Both the position numbers and the translations under genes were made by a program. DNA of 64,000 nucleotides, taken from Macrostomum lignano (Eukaryota). A model generated the notes under the pieces. That model made no database searches and was not told where the DNA came from. It saw only the letters and a list, made by a program, of their open reading frames with translations. Numbering within the stretch: the stretch's first letter is position 1; each line of letters opens with the position of its first letter. Shown in pieces: positions 46,401 to 58,457 of the stretch. Location: positions 1 through 64,000 of the forward strand of contig NIVC01001216.1 of NCBI GenBank assembly GCA_002269645.1, read 5' to 3'.

Positions 46401-48869
46401 ATACGAGACAAAAAGCCACAAATTATTCGAAAGCTAACTGCGCAGGGATATGGACTAGAAATTTGTGGCAAATGCACTTTAAGAAGCCCAGTCTCGGGGA
46501 GGGGTCGCATTCTGCGCATCCTACATGGCCGAATCGTTAATATTCAATAAATGCGTGAAAAAATTTCCAGAACTTCTAGATCTTGAATTTTTCAATCTTC
46601 TTGATGCATAATCACATTAAATAGGAAATTCTCATGCTAATGACTTCACACGAAAGATTTCTTTAAACGGTCCAATTTTCAAGCTTATAAACATTTCTTA
46701 GCTGCGACAAAAATAGCTGCAACGTACGAGACAATAACGTTATTGTTGTCCAAGTTAGACAATTCATACCGTAAAGTCATCTCAAAGTAATAAGCCTATT
46801 TCAACAACAACATCATCTCAAGCCACCCTATGACTTTCAAAATCATCTCAAGCAAACCTATGACTTTCAAAATCATCTCAAGCAAACCTATGACTTTCAA
46901 AATCATCTCAAGCCAACCTATGACTTTCAAAATAATCTCAAGCAAACCTATGACTTTCAAAATAATCTCAAGCCACCCTATGACTTTCAAAATCATCTCA
47001 AGCCACCCTATGACTTTCAAAATCATCTCAAGCTACCCTATGACTTTCAAAATCATCTCAAGCCACCCTATGACTTTCAAAATCATCTCAAGCTACCCTA
47101 TGACTTTCAAAATCATCTCAACCAACCTATGACTTTCAAAATCATCTCAAGCCACCCTATGACTGTCAAAATCATTTTAAGCCACCCTATGACCTTCAAA
47201 TCATCTCAAACAAACCTTTGACTTTCAAAATCATCTCAAGCCACCCTTTCACCTTAAAAATAATCTCAAATCAACCATGAATTTCAAAATCAGCTCAGCC
47301 AGCCCCAGTCCCCCAGACTCACGTCGCCACCGTTCCCGCCGCGCCCTTGGACCCTCGTCCCGGATCCTTTCCTTCGAGACAGCAGCAGAGAAGCGGCCAG
47401 GCCTACAACTAAGCACAGGCCCATAAGGCACAAACTGGTTGCTAGCCACACCCTCTGATCCAATAGTAACCATAGCAACGTTTGCCTACTAATGGGACAA
47501 CGTCCGCTAGAATCAGCTGACAAAGCGTCTAGACAGGCTCCATCGAAACCTCGCAACGACAATGTGTGCCGACGCCTGCCATTGGTAGCCGATGACGGTC
47601 TCAAACTGATTGACAGGTGCGAAATCTGCCAGGAAGGTGAAGCTTGTGACAAAGAAGAATTAAAACTAGACGAATCCTGACCGCCTAGAGACGATGGCCA
47701 ATCAACTGACCACACCTGCTGATCGTTGATTGACAGCGTCAATGGCGGGTTCTGCTGTTGCTGTCGCTGAGTTTTAATTCGATAGCGAATTTGCAGACAC
47801 AGGTGCAAACTGCTCGAGCCTTCCACTGTTATCTGGCGCGTGAGGGAATGAATTGATTGATGGCTCAATTGAGAAACTCTTGTCAGATCTATTCAACACA
47901 CCGATTCTCAATGCGTGTTTAGGGCGATTCTCAATGCTTGTTTAGGGCGATTCTCAATGCTTGTTTAGGGCGATTCTCAATGCTTGTTTAGGGCGATTTT
48001 CAATGCTTGTTTAGGGCGATTCTCAATGCTTGTTTAGGGCGATTCTCAATGCTTGTTTAGGGCGATTCTCAATGCTTGTTTAGGGCGATTCTCAATGCTT
48101 GTTTAGGGCGATTTTCAATGCTTGTTTAGGGCGATTCTCAATGCTTGTTTAGGGCGATTCTCAATGCTTGTTTAGGGCGATTCTCAATGCTTGTTTAGGG
48201 CGATTCTCAATGCTTATATAGAGCGATAGTCAGGGCTTGTTTAGGGCGATTTTCAATGCTAGTATAGAGCGATAGTCAGGGCTTGTTTAGGGCGATTTTC
48301 AATGCTAGTATAGAGCGATAGTCAGGGCTTGTTTAGGGCGATTTTCAATGCTAGTATAGAGCGATAGTCAGGGCTTGTTTAGGGCGATTTTCAATGCTTG
48401 TTTAGGGCGATAGTCAGGGCTTGTTTAGGGCGATTTTCAATGCTTGTTTAGGGCGATTTTCAATGCTTGTTTAGGGCGATTTTCAATGCTTGTATAGAGC
48501 GATAGTCAGGGCTTGTTTAGTGCGATTTTCAATGCTTGTTTAGGGCGATTCTCACTGCTTGTTTAGGGCAATTCTCAGTGCTTGTTCAGAGGGTGTAAAA
48601 CTCTGATAGGTTTCAAAATGGCTACTCACTTCGTTAGTTAACTCCCCAGCCTTAGTGTCAGACACCGCACACAATAGTCTCATCTGGCCCTCGGAGGCCA
48701 CCCGCCAGCCCTGCATAGTGAAGTCGCAGCAGTGTCGCTCATCAAAATTGCAAGACAATTTATTGGCAGCCACCGCAGCACCAGATGTACTTTTAGTTGA
48801 AGCCGCAGTCAGACTAGTCGCTACTAATACACTAATTATAAATAATATGGCCACCACTTGGGCTGGCAT
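43405..48869 (-). CDS. Single-pass type I membrane protein: signal peptide, divergent MAM-like domain, TM, long low-complexity cytoplasmic tail; about 473 aa. Exons 48869-48630, 47832-47323, 44076-43405
   Basis: Signal peptide MPAQVVAILFIISVLVATSLTAA. MAM-like LSCNFDERHCCDF and LCLQIRY motifs. TM VWLATSLCLMGLCLVVGLAASLLL followed by SRRK. Both introns have GTGAGT donors and phase-0 pyrimidine-rich acceptors. Confidence 0.75.
44163..44640. repeat. 30-bp minisatellite with an alternating dimer (60-bp higher-order unit) in MAM-gene intron 2
   Basis: GATGATTTTGAAATGAGTT followed alternately by GAAACTGAC and TAGATTGAC. Confidence 0.93.
44674..45984 (-). mobile_element. Full-length mariner transposon, 1311 bp, TIRs of about 30 bp, TA TSD
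   Basis: TA|CGAGGGTCACTCAGAAAGT...ACTTTCTGAGTGACCCTCG|TA; contains an intact transposase. Confidence 0.97.
44738..45799 (-). CDS. Mariner transposase, DD34D, 353 aa (irritans-like)
   Basis: N-terminal HTH region, WIPHQL, TGDETW, HHDNASAH and YSPDLAPCD; 34 residues counted between the second and third Asp. Confidence 0.97.
   Translation of the reverse strand: MKLENRDFRAMMYLHFKQGKSPAESYQTLQNVFTHVCPSYATVKNWFAEFRRGRESLEDEHRSGRPCDAVTPENICAVSSMIAADRRVTYQQIQQEIGIGSGSVHAILHEHLGVRKLASRWIPHQLSDVQKDTRVAWCRFMLQKFESGTSRRIWDILTGDETWIYQYDPESKRQSAMWTFGDEDSPTKFRRSRSVGKQMVACFFMRTGHVASVSLEDRQTVTADWYTTVCLPKVFSAVSQRRPRCGMRGVLLHHDNASAHTAAQTLEFLADCGVQLMTHPAYSPDLAPCDFFLFPKCKEILKGQVFSSPEEAVNEFKNIIEELRDEDWRQCFDSWFHRMQACINAGGEYFEHL
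46090..46389 (-). mobile_element. tRNA-derived SINE with a CORE-like central domain
   Basis: Minus-strand head GGGGTTGTAGCCTAGGGGTCAGAGC...GGTTCGATTCCC has A and B boxes. It is followed by GTGTCCTTAAGCAAGACACTTAAC...CAGCTGTAAAATGGG, which resembles the MIR/CORE consensus as I recall it. The 3' boundary is approximate. Confidence 0.8.
46805..47275. repeat. 30-bp minisatellite (TGACTTTCAAAATCATCTCAAGCCACCCTA) in MAM-gene intron 2
   Basis: Read directly. Confidence 0.94.
47905..48580. repeat. 23-bp minisatellite (GGGCGATTCTCAATGCTTGTTTA) filling MAM-gene intron 1
   Basis: Read directly. Confidence 0.95.
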
Positions 48870-49168
48870 TGCCACTGGTTTAGTGGCTGCCAACAGGAAA
48901 TATTGGCTGAAAAATCAAATGAAACAATACATCTTTATGTATAGATCTTTGATAATTAAAGTACATTTGCAACTAAGAACTTAACATTGGGAAACTCGCA
49001 GAGCATCAAAACTGTTAATAAAAAAATATATAGCCAATATTGTTGCAAACTAAAGTAATAAGTTGCTGAGATGCCAAAGTTCAAAGAGAGATATTACAAT
49101 AGATATCTGATATCTTAGGCTATAAAGCTTGCTATTACTTATCATGCTTTCTGGCTTTAAACATTTAA

Positions 49169-49268
49169 CCCTCAAACGGAAATTTGGGGTCCAATGGACC
49201 CCACGATAACTTTTCCCATGTGTTTTCAATGGAGGTTTTTCTATTATCGTGGCCTAACCGTTTGAGGG
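49169..49268. mobile_element. 100-bp piggyBac-type MITE
   Basis: TTAA|CCCTCAAACGG...CCGTTTGAGGG|TTAA, with an internal palindrome GGGGTCC-AAT-GGACCCC. Confidence 0.88.
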
Positions 49269-50911
49269 TTAAATCTCTAAGATACAATAGTGACAGTATA
49301 TAGAGCAAACATGTTAGGAAGAAATTTCTGTGACTCATGGAATTCTCAGTTTATCAAAATGCTTTTACCATTTAAAATACAAAAATCAAAATATTTTTTG
49401 AAATCCAAAAAGGGAAAGCTTTTTTTTATACTAAATTGCAAGAAAAATCAAAGAGAAAATTTTTCAGATCTAAGATGCTGTCACTCTTAATAAAATTTGA
49501 GCTAATATTAGCTTATATTAGCTTATATTAGCATATACTAGCTTATTATTAGCTAATTATTAGCTAATTAGCTAATTTCTTTATATAGTGGATGAATATA
49601 TATAGGTTAGGCTACAATAAAAGCTAAAGCCAAAGGGAATGATTATATAATACAATTCCATTATAGCATCTCTTTAGTAGCATCTATAGCATCCATAGCA
49701 TCCCTAGGTTATAGTAATCTCCCTAATTACTATCACTAGGAAATGAGTAAAATATATAGACTTAGGCTTATTATTATATATTTGAACATTTAGATCTATG
49801 GCCATCTTGGTATATGGCTATCTTGGTCATGTGCCAGGCAAGAGTAACTATGTATTATATTTACCTAATCATATGCTTAATTTAATAATGTAGAATTGAG
49901 GGCAATATATAGGTAAAGTTAATAAATACTTTTATTCACTTCCAAATTCTAAACCTTAAAAGACAATCTAAATGTACTAAATCTAAACAACTTCTAGGAC
50001 TAAACTGAACCTAGCTATACTATACAAAAAGTTTGCACATTCCTAAATATAAAATTAGTAATAAATATTTTGATACCCAAGTCTAACATTGCCCAAAACA
50101 TAGTAACTATATAGCTCTTTTTCTATAATTTACTATAATTTTCTACAATTTCTACAGTTTAGTCAGTTTAGAAGCAGTATATGCTAAGATATAAAACTTC
50201 AAAAAATAAAAACATGCACAGTTTTTGCTAGTTCCTAATATATAGGCCTAGTCCTAACTTTAGAGCTAGAATACCATATGAAAACATTTGTTTATTACTA
50301 TGCAAATATATTCATATCCATGGTCTAGATCGTTAGGTGCATGCCAAAACAAAAATTGAATAGTTACAATTTCATGCCAAAAATTACTATACTCTCAAAT
50401 CTAGGCCAATATTGCAACAATAAATGAGCTTTTTTGCATTGAAACAATAAACAATAAATTGCATAAAATACCTTTTTAGTAGACAATTTGGTTTATTATT
50501 TATCTTTCTTGCTTATAATATTTATAGCAGAAAATCAATATGCTTAAACATTTCTGTAAATGCTTTATTAGGCATACAAGCTTAAAAACTAGAATACTTG
50601 AAAATAAACTTTTCAATCTTTCTAGATTCTGGAATGTTCTATTAGGCCTAACACAAATATAAATATACAATACCCTAGTACACAATTATTCAAGTCTCAC
50701 TCTCTTTCTTTTCCATACAGAAAACAATCAATGCAAAACCAGTATACAAAACACTTAATAGTTTTATGCCTCAATTATTTTTGTAATCATTTAGTATAAT
50801 AGCCACATATAGGTGCTATATATATAATTATTTTTTGTTTTAAATGAAACATCTTTCATAGATAAGTGACTCAATACTATAAATTATTAATATTTAGGTT
50901 AGGATTAGGAT

Positions 50912-53545
50912 GGGTCTATGAAATTTGCTTGCGAGAAGTTTGCTTGCCGAAGTTTGCTTGCGGGACTTTTGCTTGTGGAATTTTGCTTGCCGAAGTTTGC
51001 TTGCGGAATTTTGCTTGCCGAGGTTTGCTTGCCGAACTTTGCTTGTGGAATTTTGCTTGCCGAGCTTTGCTTGCGGAATTTTGCTTGCCAAAGTTTGCTT
51101 GCCAATCTTTGCTTGCCAAGCTTTGCTTGCGGAATTTTGCTTGCCAAAGTTTGCTTGCCGAGCTTTGTTTGCGGAATTTTGCTTGCCGAAGTTTGCTTGC
51201 CGAGCTTTGCTTGTCGAACTTTGCTTGCCGAAGTTTGCTTGCGGAATTTTGCTTGCCGAGGTTTGGTTGCTGAACTTTGCTTGTGGAATTTTGCTTGCCA
51301 AAGTTTGCTTGCCGAGCTTTGTTTGCGGAATTTTGCTTGCCGAAGTTTGCTTGCCAAAGTTTGCTTGCCGAATTTTGCTTGCAGGAAATTTGCTTGTTGC
51401 ACATAAGCTTGCCGAAGTTTGCTTGTGGAATTTTGCCTGCCAAACTTTGCTTGCTGAACTTTGCTTGCAGGAAATTTGCTTGCCAAATTTTGCTTGCAGG
51501 AAATTTGCTTGCCGAACTTTGCTTGCAGGAAATTAGCTTGCTGATCAAGGTTCGCTATCCAAAGTTTTTTTAGCGGAACCGTAAAGAACCAATTTTTGAG
51601 CTCTTTTATTTCTAATTTTCATTTTGTATGAGAATATGGCAGATTTCAAAAGCCGTAATGCAGAAATGGAATAATTCAGGTTTTTTACTGGAAATATATT
51701 TCAACAAAAATTGGACAACAATACATGTCGAATGATTTAGGCAGCAAAATGTACAGAATAGATTTTCCATATATAGCATATACCACCGATCTGTGAATTG
51801 TTGACTCGTTAGGATACCCAACGCTCTGCAATAGCAGATTTTTTTATTTTTTTGATTTTTTATATGGAAGATACACATTATCATGTACATATACTTGTAC
51901 ATGATATGAATATATATGTGCCTTAGTAGTCTGCCCCCCCCCATTCAAAATTTTCTAGATCCGCTACTGACGCTCTGCTTATAATTACAAACTAATAGTG
52001 ATAGTATAATAAAAATACAAGTATAATAGTATAAAAATATGTATATTTACTTAGTCTTTGTTAGCATTACTTTGCCATAAAGTAATTGATTGAAAACAAT
52101 GATGATTAATTTGTCACTTTTAAAGGAAACATGCTTGAAGACATCAAAACGATGTTAATTTTATATCAGGCCTGGTTAACATATAGTTATGGTTAACATA
52201 ACGGTATAACATTTGTTATACCAACATTGCTTAAATTAGACAAATCAATTTTGTCTATTGTTTGATCCCACATACACCATGTATGCCAAATGTAAACTCA
52301 ATTCATTACTATTTTTGTTAATTTGAACATTGAATCTAATAATATATGATTTACTAAATATAAGATAATATAGCTGTTGTGACACAATTAAAATACTAGC
52401 CTAGGTAGATGCATGCTTGGGCGCAACCTTGGGATTCACCGGCCGTTTCTATTGGCAACACACGCATGTAAGTTGCTATTGGCTGAGAGCAGTAACATGA
52501 CTACTGTTTTGTCCAATAGCGACTTATATATGTATGTCTTTGTTTTCCATTCTGTTTGTACTTTAAAAACATACTAGAATAAAAGTAGTGTATTTTTGCA
52601 TTGCGGGATTAATGCTGAACATAAAGTATGCATATAAAAAGTGCATGTAAAAACAAAACGATTTTATAATAATTTGTATAATAATGTAACGCTCGTTACC
52701 TCCACGGAACTTTGGGTTCTATTTTAGCTTTCGTTCCTTGGTGACAAGTACACTACTACTAGTACTTGTGCAAATCCGCTAGTCCAAATTTGTTTACATT
52801 TTTATACAATTAATATTAGTATATGCATTCATTAGCATCACTACAATTATTATCCTGCTCAGTGCTGAAATCAGGAACTAAAAAGATTTATACTATTACT
52901 GATCTCTAACTACCTATATTGAATCTCTAATCATTATACGAGTCATATATACTAATTCTTAGAATGAAACTCTATAAGCCTAGTTTGAAAGCTTAGTGTC
53001 AAGTCAGTTTATGTCAACGCTGATAAGAATCCACTTGCAAAGCAACTGTAGTATGTAATAATTGACTTACCAACTTCACAAGCCATCAAACAAGCAAGCA
53101 AACAAGAAAATAATTCGGCAAGTTAAAACCTTGCAATTGTGATTGCGAATTTTTAGGAAGCAGACATCAAAATTTCGCAAGCAAACTTTGGCAAGCAAAA
53201 TTCCACAAGCAAAGTTTGGCAAGCAGACTTCGGCAGGCAAAATTTGGCAAGCAAAGTTTGGCAAGCAAATTTTGGCAAGCAAAGTTTGGCAAGCAAAATT
53301 CTGCAAGCAAAGTTCGGCAAGCAAACCTCGGCAAGCAAAATTCTGCAAGCAAAGTTCGGCAAGCAAACCTCGGCAAGCAAAATTCTGCAAGCAAAGTTTG
53401 GCAAGCAAAATTCCGCAAGCAAAGTTTGGCAATCAAAATTACGCAAGCAAACTTTGGCAAGCAAAATTCCGCAAGCAAAGTTTGGCAAGCAAAATTCCTG
53501 CAAGCAAAGTTCGGCAAGCAAACTTCCCGCAAACGTCATACTCCC
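50912..53545. mobile_element. Foldback-type element, about 2.6 kb, whose long inverted arms are made of 14-15-bp tandem repeats
   Basis: The left arm (TTTGCTTGCCGAAG)n at 50925-51545 is the reverse complement of the right arm (GCAAGCAAA..)n at 53165-53530. Termini GGGTCTATGA / TCATACTCCC; flanks ATTAGGAT / ATTAGGAC (7/8). Confidence 0.82.
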
Positions 53546-54877
53546 ATTAGGACAATGAAATGGCCAATGCTTTGCACCAACAAAAATTAATAAAAAATAG
53601 TAGGCCTATACCCCAAGCTAGGCCTAGACCTAGCTGCCTAACCAAAGCTAGGCCTATAATTAACAATTGTTATGATAAAAATTGAAAATAAATTTACTAG
53701 AATTTATAAAAATCCTTTGAAATCAATATTAATGTCTTAAATAAAAAAATAGTTGGCCTATATTGCCAACACCCAACAGGCTATACCTAGGCCCCTAGCT
53801 AGGCCTAACTAGCTTTCTGGTGATACGATAATATTAATAAGTTTTATTACTGTATTTTCCTATCTAATAATCTTATATTATTTTAATTTCTAACTAGGCT
53901 TGCCCAGGCCTAGGCCTAGGCGGGGGGCCTAATCTAAAAATTACATCGCTTTTCTTCAATTATCGTTTAAAAATTAAAATACTATTAACTAATTGAGTTT
54001 TGATTTCATTTGTAGGCTTTATGTCAACTAAAGGAAGGTCGACCAAAAATATTAGCTCGATTTATTCGAATTCCAAGACACTATGCATAACTACTGCCAC
54101 TAGTGTTGCTGCACTAATAGACTAATAGTCGGGTACATTATAGGTAAATTTTCCAAGAAACCATTTAAATACGGTTTATGAAACTTACTCATCAAAACAA
54201 AATCATATAAGCAAAGACAGATTAGACGCTGTTAGAAAAATATATAAATAGTTTGTAAAGACGATTGTGTCCGATGATTATTGCATAGATGATTTCATAC
54301 CTCAGAATAACTTCCTCACAGACTACCAACAGCATTTTACTCTCGCTAGCTTATGTGTACATAATATTAATATTTCTAAGTTTTATGTACACCATGTAAA
54401 AACAAGCAAAAGATACGAATTTGAGATTAATGAACTAAACTATACGCCCGGACTGCCCTTAACCGTTAATTTTAAGAACAATAAGATAAGCGTAATTATG
54501 GCAAATTATAAATGCAAAGTTTCAAAGCAAAGTCCCATTTATTATTATTATTATTATTAAACAGACCGCGCTGGCGCAGAGGTCAGCGAAGCACCCACTG
54601 GTGAAAAACAGCTGCAAGACCAGCCTAGCTGCAGACTGAGGAGTACAAGTCAGTGGTGAGAAAAGTGTCAGTCAGAGTGGGCGCGCCTGGCCCAGCGGTG
54701 GCTGATCTCCCACGTATAAGGCGCGGGCTGAGCCGCGGTTTAGCTGAGTTGCGTCACTCACAAAGATTGAGAGACTTTACCTGCACTCTCAAAAGTGGCG
54801 ACCAAAGACGGAATCTTCTCTGATGGCGACTTTTCGATGTTGCTGAGTATATATCGATTAGCAGGACTCACTAGACG

Positions 54878-55346
54878 TGTCAACGGCAAACATCTCAAGA
54901 AATGCTTTCTACGAGTACATTTTTACTACCATTTAAAATTCATGCTTCGATAAAAATTGTTAAATGGGTAGAGAAGGTAACTATACACAATGCTCGTAAT
55001 AAGATTTAAAATTTCCGACTCAATAAAAACGGGGAGATCTGTAACCAGAGATTCTAAACCAAAAACCTTAGTTTTTGCTCTTGTATCGGAGATCGGCAAA
55101 CGGTGCAGAATCTCCGGGGGGACAACAGAATCTGGTTTAGGATCTCCGGATGGGGAGACCTGACCATGCCCCGGAGATCCCACAATAGTTACGGATCGAT
55201 CGTATCGCGGAGACCCATAACCGTTTGTAGTCTCCGAAGACGATCCTAAACCCCTCAAGGTCTCCGGTCAGAGATCACAGCCCGTTTGCAGTCCCCAGAT
55301 CGGCGACTCAAAATGGCCGGAGCCCCGGAGATTATAAACCGTAACA
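54878..55346. mobile_element. TG...CA-bounded 469-bp element (solo-LTR-like), rich in GGAGAT/C motifs
   Basis: Termini TGTCAACGG...CCGTAACA and an internal AATAAA at 55022. No TSD was found. Confidence 0.4.
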
Positions 55347-56610
55347 CCGGAGTGTGAACATATTTTGCCTTCCTTTCGAGAGTCATTATTATAACAGAGT
55401 CCCAAGCTCACTACTCACAATCTACTTATATACTTTTAATATACGCACAAACTTAAATAAGTTACAAGTTTTCTGCAAAACTCAAAATGCGCAACTTTAA
55501 GCTACTTGCATGGACCTCTCCTTCATCCTGCTCAATAGTATAGTTTTCTTCCAGATTTCTACTTGCTGCATGTGTACATACTCGTACATTAGATCGGAAT
55601 AGATAGATAATTCGAATATGATTAATATACCTGTTCTGTATGCATCTACAAAAAACTTCAGTCGAGCAGCTCAATACAGTGTGAGGGCCTATCTTTTCAT
55701 CTTTGATTGCTGCCAAAAATGATGTGCAACACACTAGAGATAAAAGTGGTAGTCGAACCTCGTGCAGGTTTCGGAGACCGCGCACCGGTTTCTGGCTCGT
55801 TTGCCTTCCTTAGCCAGAGCCACACGCCGTCCTCTAACACCACTCTGAGTGTGCACAGACGTTTCTTCAATGCTGTCATTTATTCTTTTATGGCGAAATT
55901 TTCGGGCCATACGTGAGAGATTTTACGGTTCAAATCTTTGTTCGTCTTTTTTTCTCTATGTATTCATACTCGTAGTCTAAACTGAATCTCTCACATTTGA
56001 GCAATAATTTGCTCAGAAGCATAAATACATGAATTACATGCAGATGCTATGTAACCCCCCCCCTCCCTTCGGTACATGCAGCTCGACTAGCCTTCTTAAC
56101 GTAATCCTTTATAGAATACATGTATGTACAATCAATCAAGCGTAATTAACACACTCTACTGCTGCGATCGTGCAGCCTAGTGATTATAAGGATGTTAAAA
56201 TCGGAGTCACAATTAGCGCTCACCGGTATACATGTATTTTTCAACTTCGAACCAGTCAACATTTTCATTGAAGGTTCAAATTGCTTCTGCTGAATTTCAA
56301 TACTTTGAAATTGAAGCATTGGATCAAATTAATGCTTTTGCTAAAGTGACAATATTTTTGCCGATTTGACATAATTGGCATATGATCAAAACTTTTCAGA
56401 GGGACTCAACTAATAAATATTAAATTGACCTGTACATGCATATTTATTCGATTCAAGCGATTTTGATAGACATGCTATTGTTAAATTTTGTCACTTTAGA
56501 CTTTTCTTAATCGTAAGTTTACATGTCGGATATCGCACTCTTCAAGTTTCGTTGTATCACAATCTTTTCCTTCAACGGTTACATTCTTTTCGGTATTCTT
56601 ACGATCAAAT

Positions 56611-57490
56611 TCACTTCTTGAGAAACTTCTCCCACAACAGTTTCTCCTCGTTGGTGCCGTAGTCCAGCTGCACAGCCGCGTCAAAGTACGGCAGCAGGAT
56701 GCACTGCCGCCTCGCCGAGTTCCAGTAGAGTCCGACGCAGTCCGAGTGAGGAATGGCCAGGCATTTTCCGAGGCAAGCCAACAGCGTCACGTTCGGTAAT
56801 GAGACGTCAATCGAGCATCCGGGATCCAGCTGACTGTACGTCAGAATTAACGCTTTAGTGAAGGAGACGAAAATTGAGCCCGAGATCAAAGCAGGTGGTA
56901 CTGTGTCACCGTCCGAGGTGTAGCAGAGGGCGTTGTACTTACTAACGCAGATGTCGTCAAAGGCGTAAATGTAAGAGCTGTCGATAGCGGCACAATCTTC
57001 TCCGTTTGAGCCTTTTCTGTTGTCTGGCTCTTTGCTAAAGAAAATCGGGTCTAAAAACGAGGCGTTAAAAGCGTTTCAGGATATTTTAACACTACAGATA
57101 ATATCATATAAGCATTGGTTAAAGTAAGAATTCCGCACCTCCTTCGGTCGCGTTTGTGTAAGTGCCGTCTTCAATCCACATCCAACCGTCTCGCGATGTG
57201 TTTCTTTCGTTTAAAGCATCGACCAGTCCGATCCACCAATTGTGTCCATTGCCGACGGCATCTCTGAACTCGGAGCCAGCCCTGATGGCACTCAGAGCGT
57301 CTCTACTCAGGATTCGCTGGCCCATGTCGTGACACAGCTTGACGGCCTCGCAGAGGGTGTAGGAGCCAAAGTAGGCCGAGACGTTGAAGCTGTCTTGAAC
57401 TCGGACGCTTATTGAGTCGCCTGCCACGCTGCACTGTGTCAGAGTTTGAAGCAGCAGCAGGAGAAATAGGGGCTTTTTGCACCTGATCAT
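56611..57490 (-). CDS. Secreted C-type lectin domain plus PAN/apple-like domain protein, about 263 aa. Exons 57490-57139, 57050-56611
   Basis: Signal peptide MIRCKKPLFLLLLLQTLTQCSVA. CTLD motifs LC..MGQRI, WWIGLVD, GWMW, EPDN..EDC and DDIC..LC. C-terminal ACLGKC..DCVGLYWN..QCIL pattern. Phase-1 GT-AG intron. Confidence 0.85.
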
Positions 57491-58457
57491 CAAATGTTCT
57501 TTCGGAATTGTGGAATTCGCTGAAAATGGAAACTGCTCTAAGCTCTTCTATGTCACTCAACGTTCTAACAAAGATCGTTCGTCTATCGCCTAAGCTTCGC
57601 GTTGCTACTCGCTAAAATTTCAACGACTTTTATTCACGGAAACGCCTGGGCCAAATAATTGCAATGCCTACTCTTCAGCTGCTACCTTTGCAAACAAGCC
57701 ATTAGTAGATACTGATTCGAGTGGAAAAACTGAAATGCAAATACTATATAGCAACTTATAATTGGAATAGCATGAGGAGTTGCAGGAGACTCCGTAAGAA
57801 TTTCCGACAAGTTAAAAACTGGAGAGATAAGTGGCAATGTTGGCGTCGTCTGCTGAGAATAAGTGCTAGAAAAATAGCAACCTGCGCCCCCCCCCCGTTA
57901 TGGCGGCCACAGAGGAAGACAAAAATTGAACAAACTACGTGGGTTTTGACTTTGTACAGCCACTATTGTTCATTTCTTAAGGGAAAGAAGTTTAAAAGCA
58001 AAAAAAGCATTCGCCTGAAAGCCAGCTATCTCACCTAAGATATCGTGCAGATCCTCTATACTCGTATTAGCTTTGGCTCAAAGCATCTGAGCAACTCGCA
58101 TGAGCCTTGATATATCAGCAATTCGCCCATGAGCCTTTTGACATCTCAGCGATTCCCCGAAATGCTCAGCAATGCGGCTGCCACAGCATTTCAGCGATTC
58201 CCCAAATGAAACTTGACGTGTCATCCATTTCCACTACTGAGCCCAAGAATTTCAGTAATTCCCCCCATAAGCCTTGACATGTAGTATTTGTCATTCCCCC
58301 ATGATTCCAATATTTTTTGTATTTTTGTGTATTTTTCATAACAGCTCATATATTGCTCAAATAAAAACTTCAGTTTTTAAGGCTTTAGCTCAGCTTTAGT
58401 GGGCGCGGAAAATTTCAGCTTGAATTATAAGATCTTTGAGTAAAAGCATTTCGTTCA

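Noticed and set aside
51930-51970. CAGTAGCGGATCTAG-type MITE end inside the foldback element
   Set aside because: Only one end was found and there is no TSD.
50866-53590. Multiple ORFs on both strands (FAC/KQ repeats)
   Set aside because: They are translations of the foldback arms.
54267-54560. 97-aa AT-rich ORF, possibly a decayed viral or TE gene
   Set aside because: It has no ATG and no recognisable motif, and there is a stop immediately upstream.
54785-54805. TGGCGACC as a Gypsy primer-binding site after an LTR
   Set aside because: There is no clear TG-starting LTR upstream and no gag/pol downstream.
54874-55350. Ginger-type DNA transposon (TGT..ACA with a CCGG flank)
   Set aside because: Only 8-9 bp of terminal inversion, and the left flank (GACG) does not match CCGG.
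55462-55916. Short ORFs between the LTR-like element and the lectin gene
   Set aside because: They have no motifs, frequent stops and no coherent splice sites.
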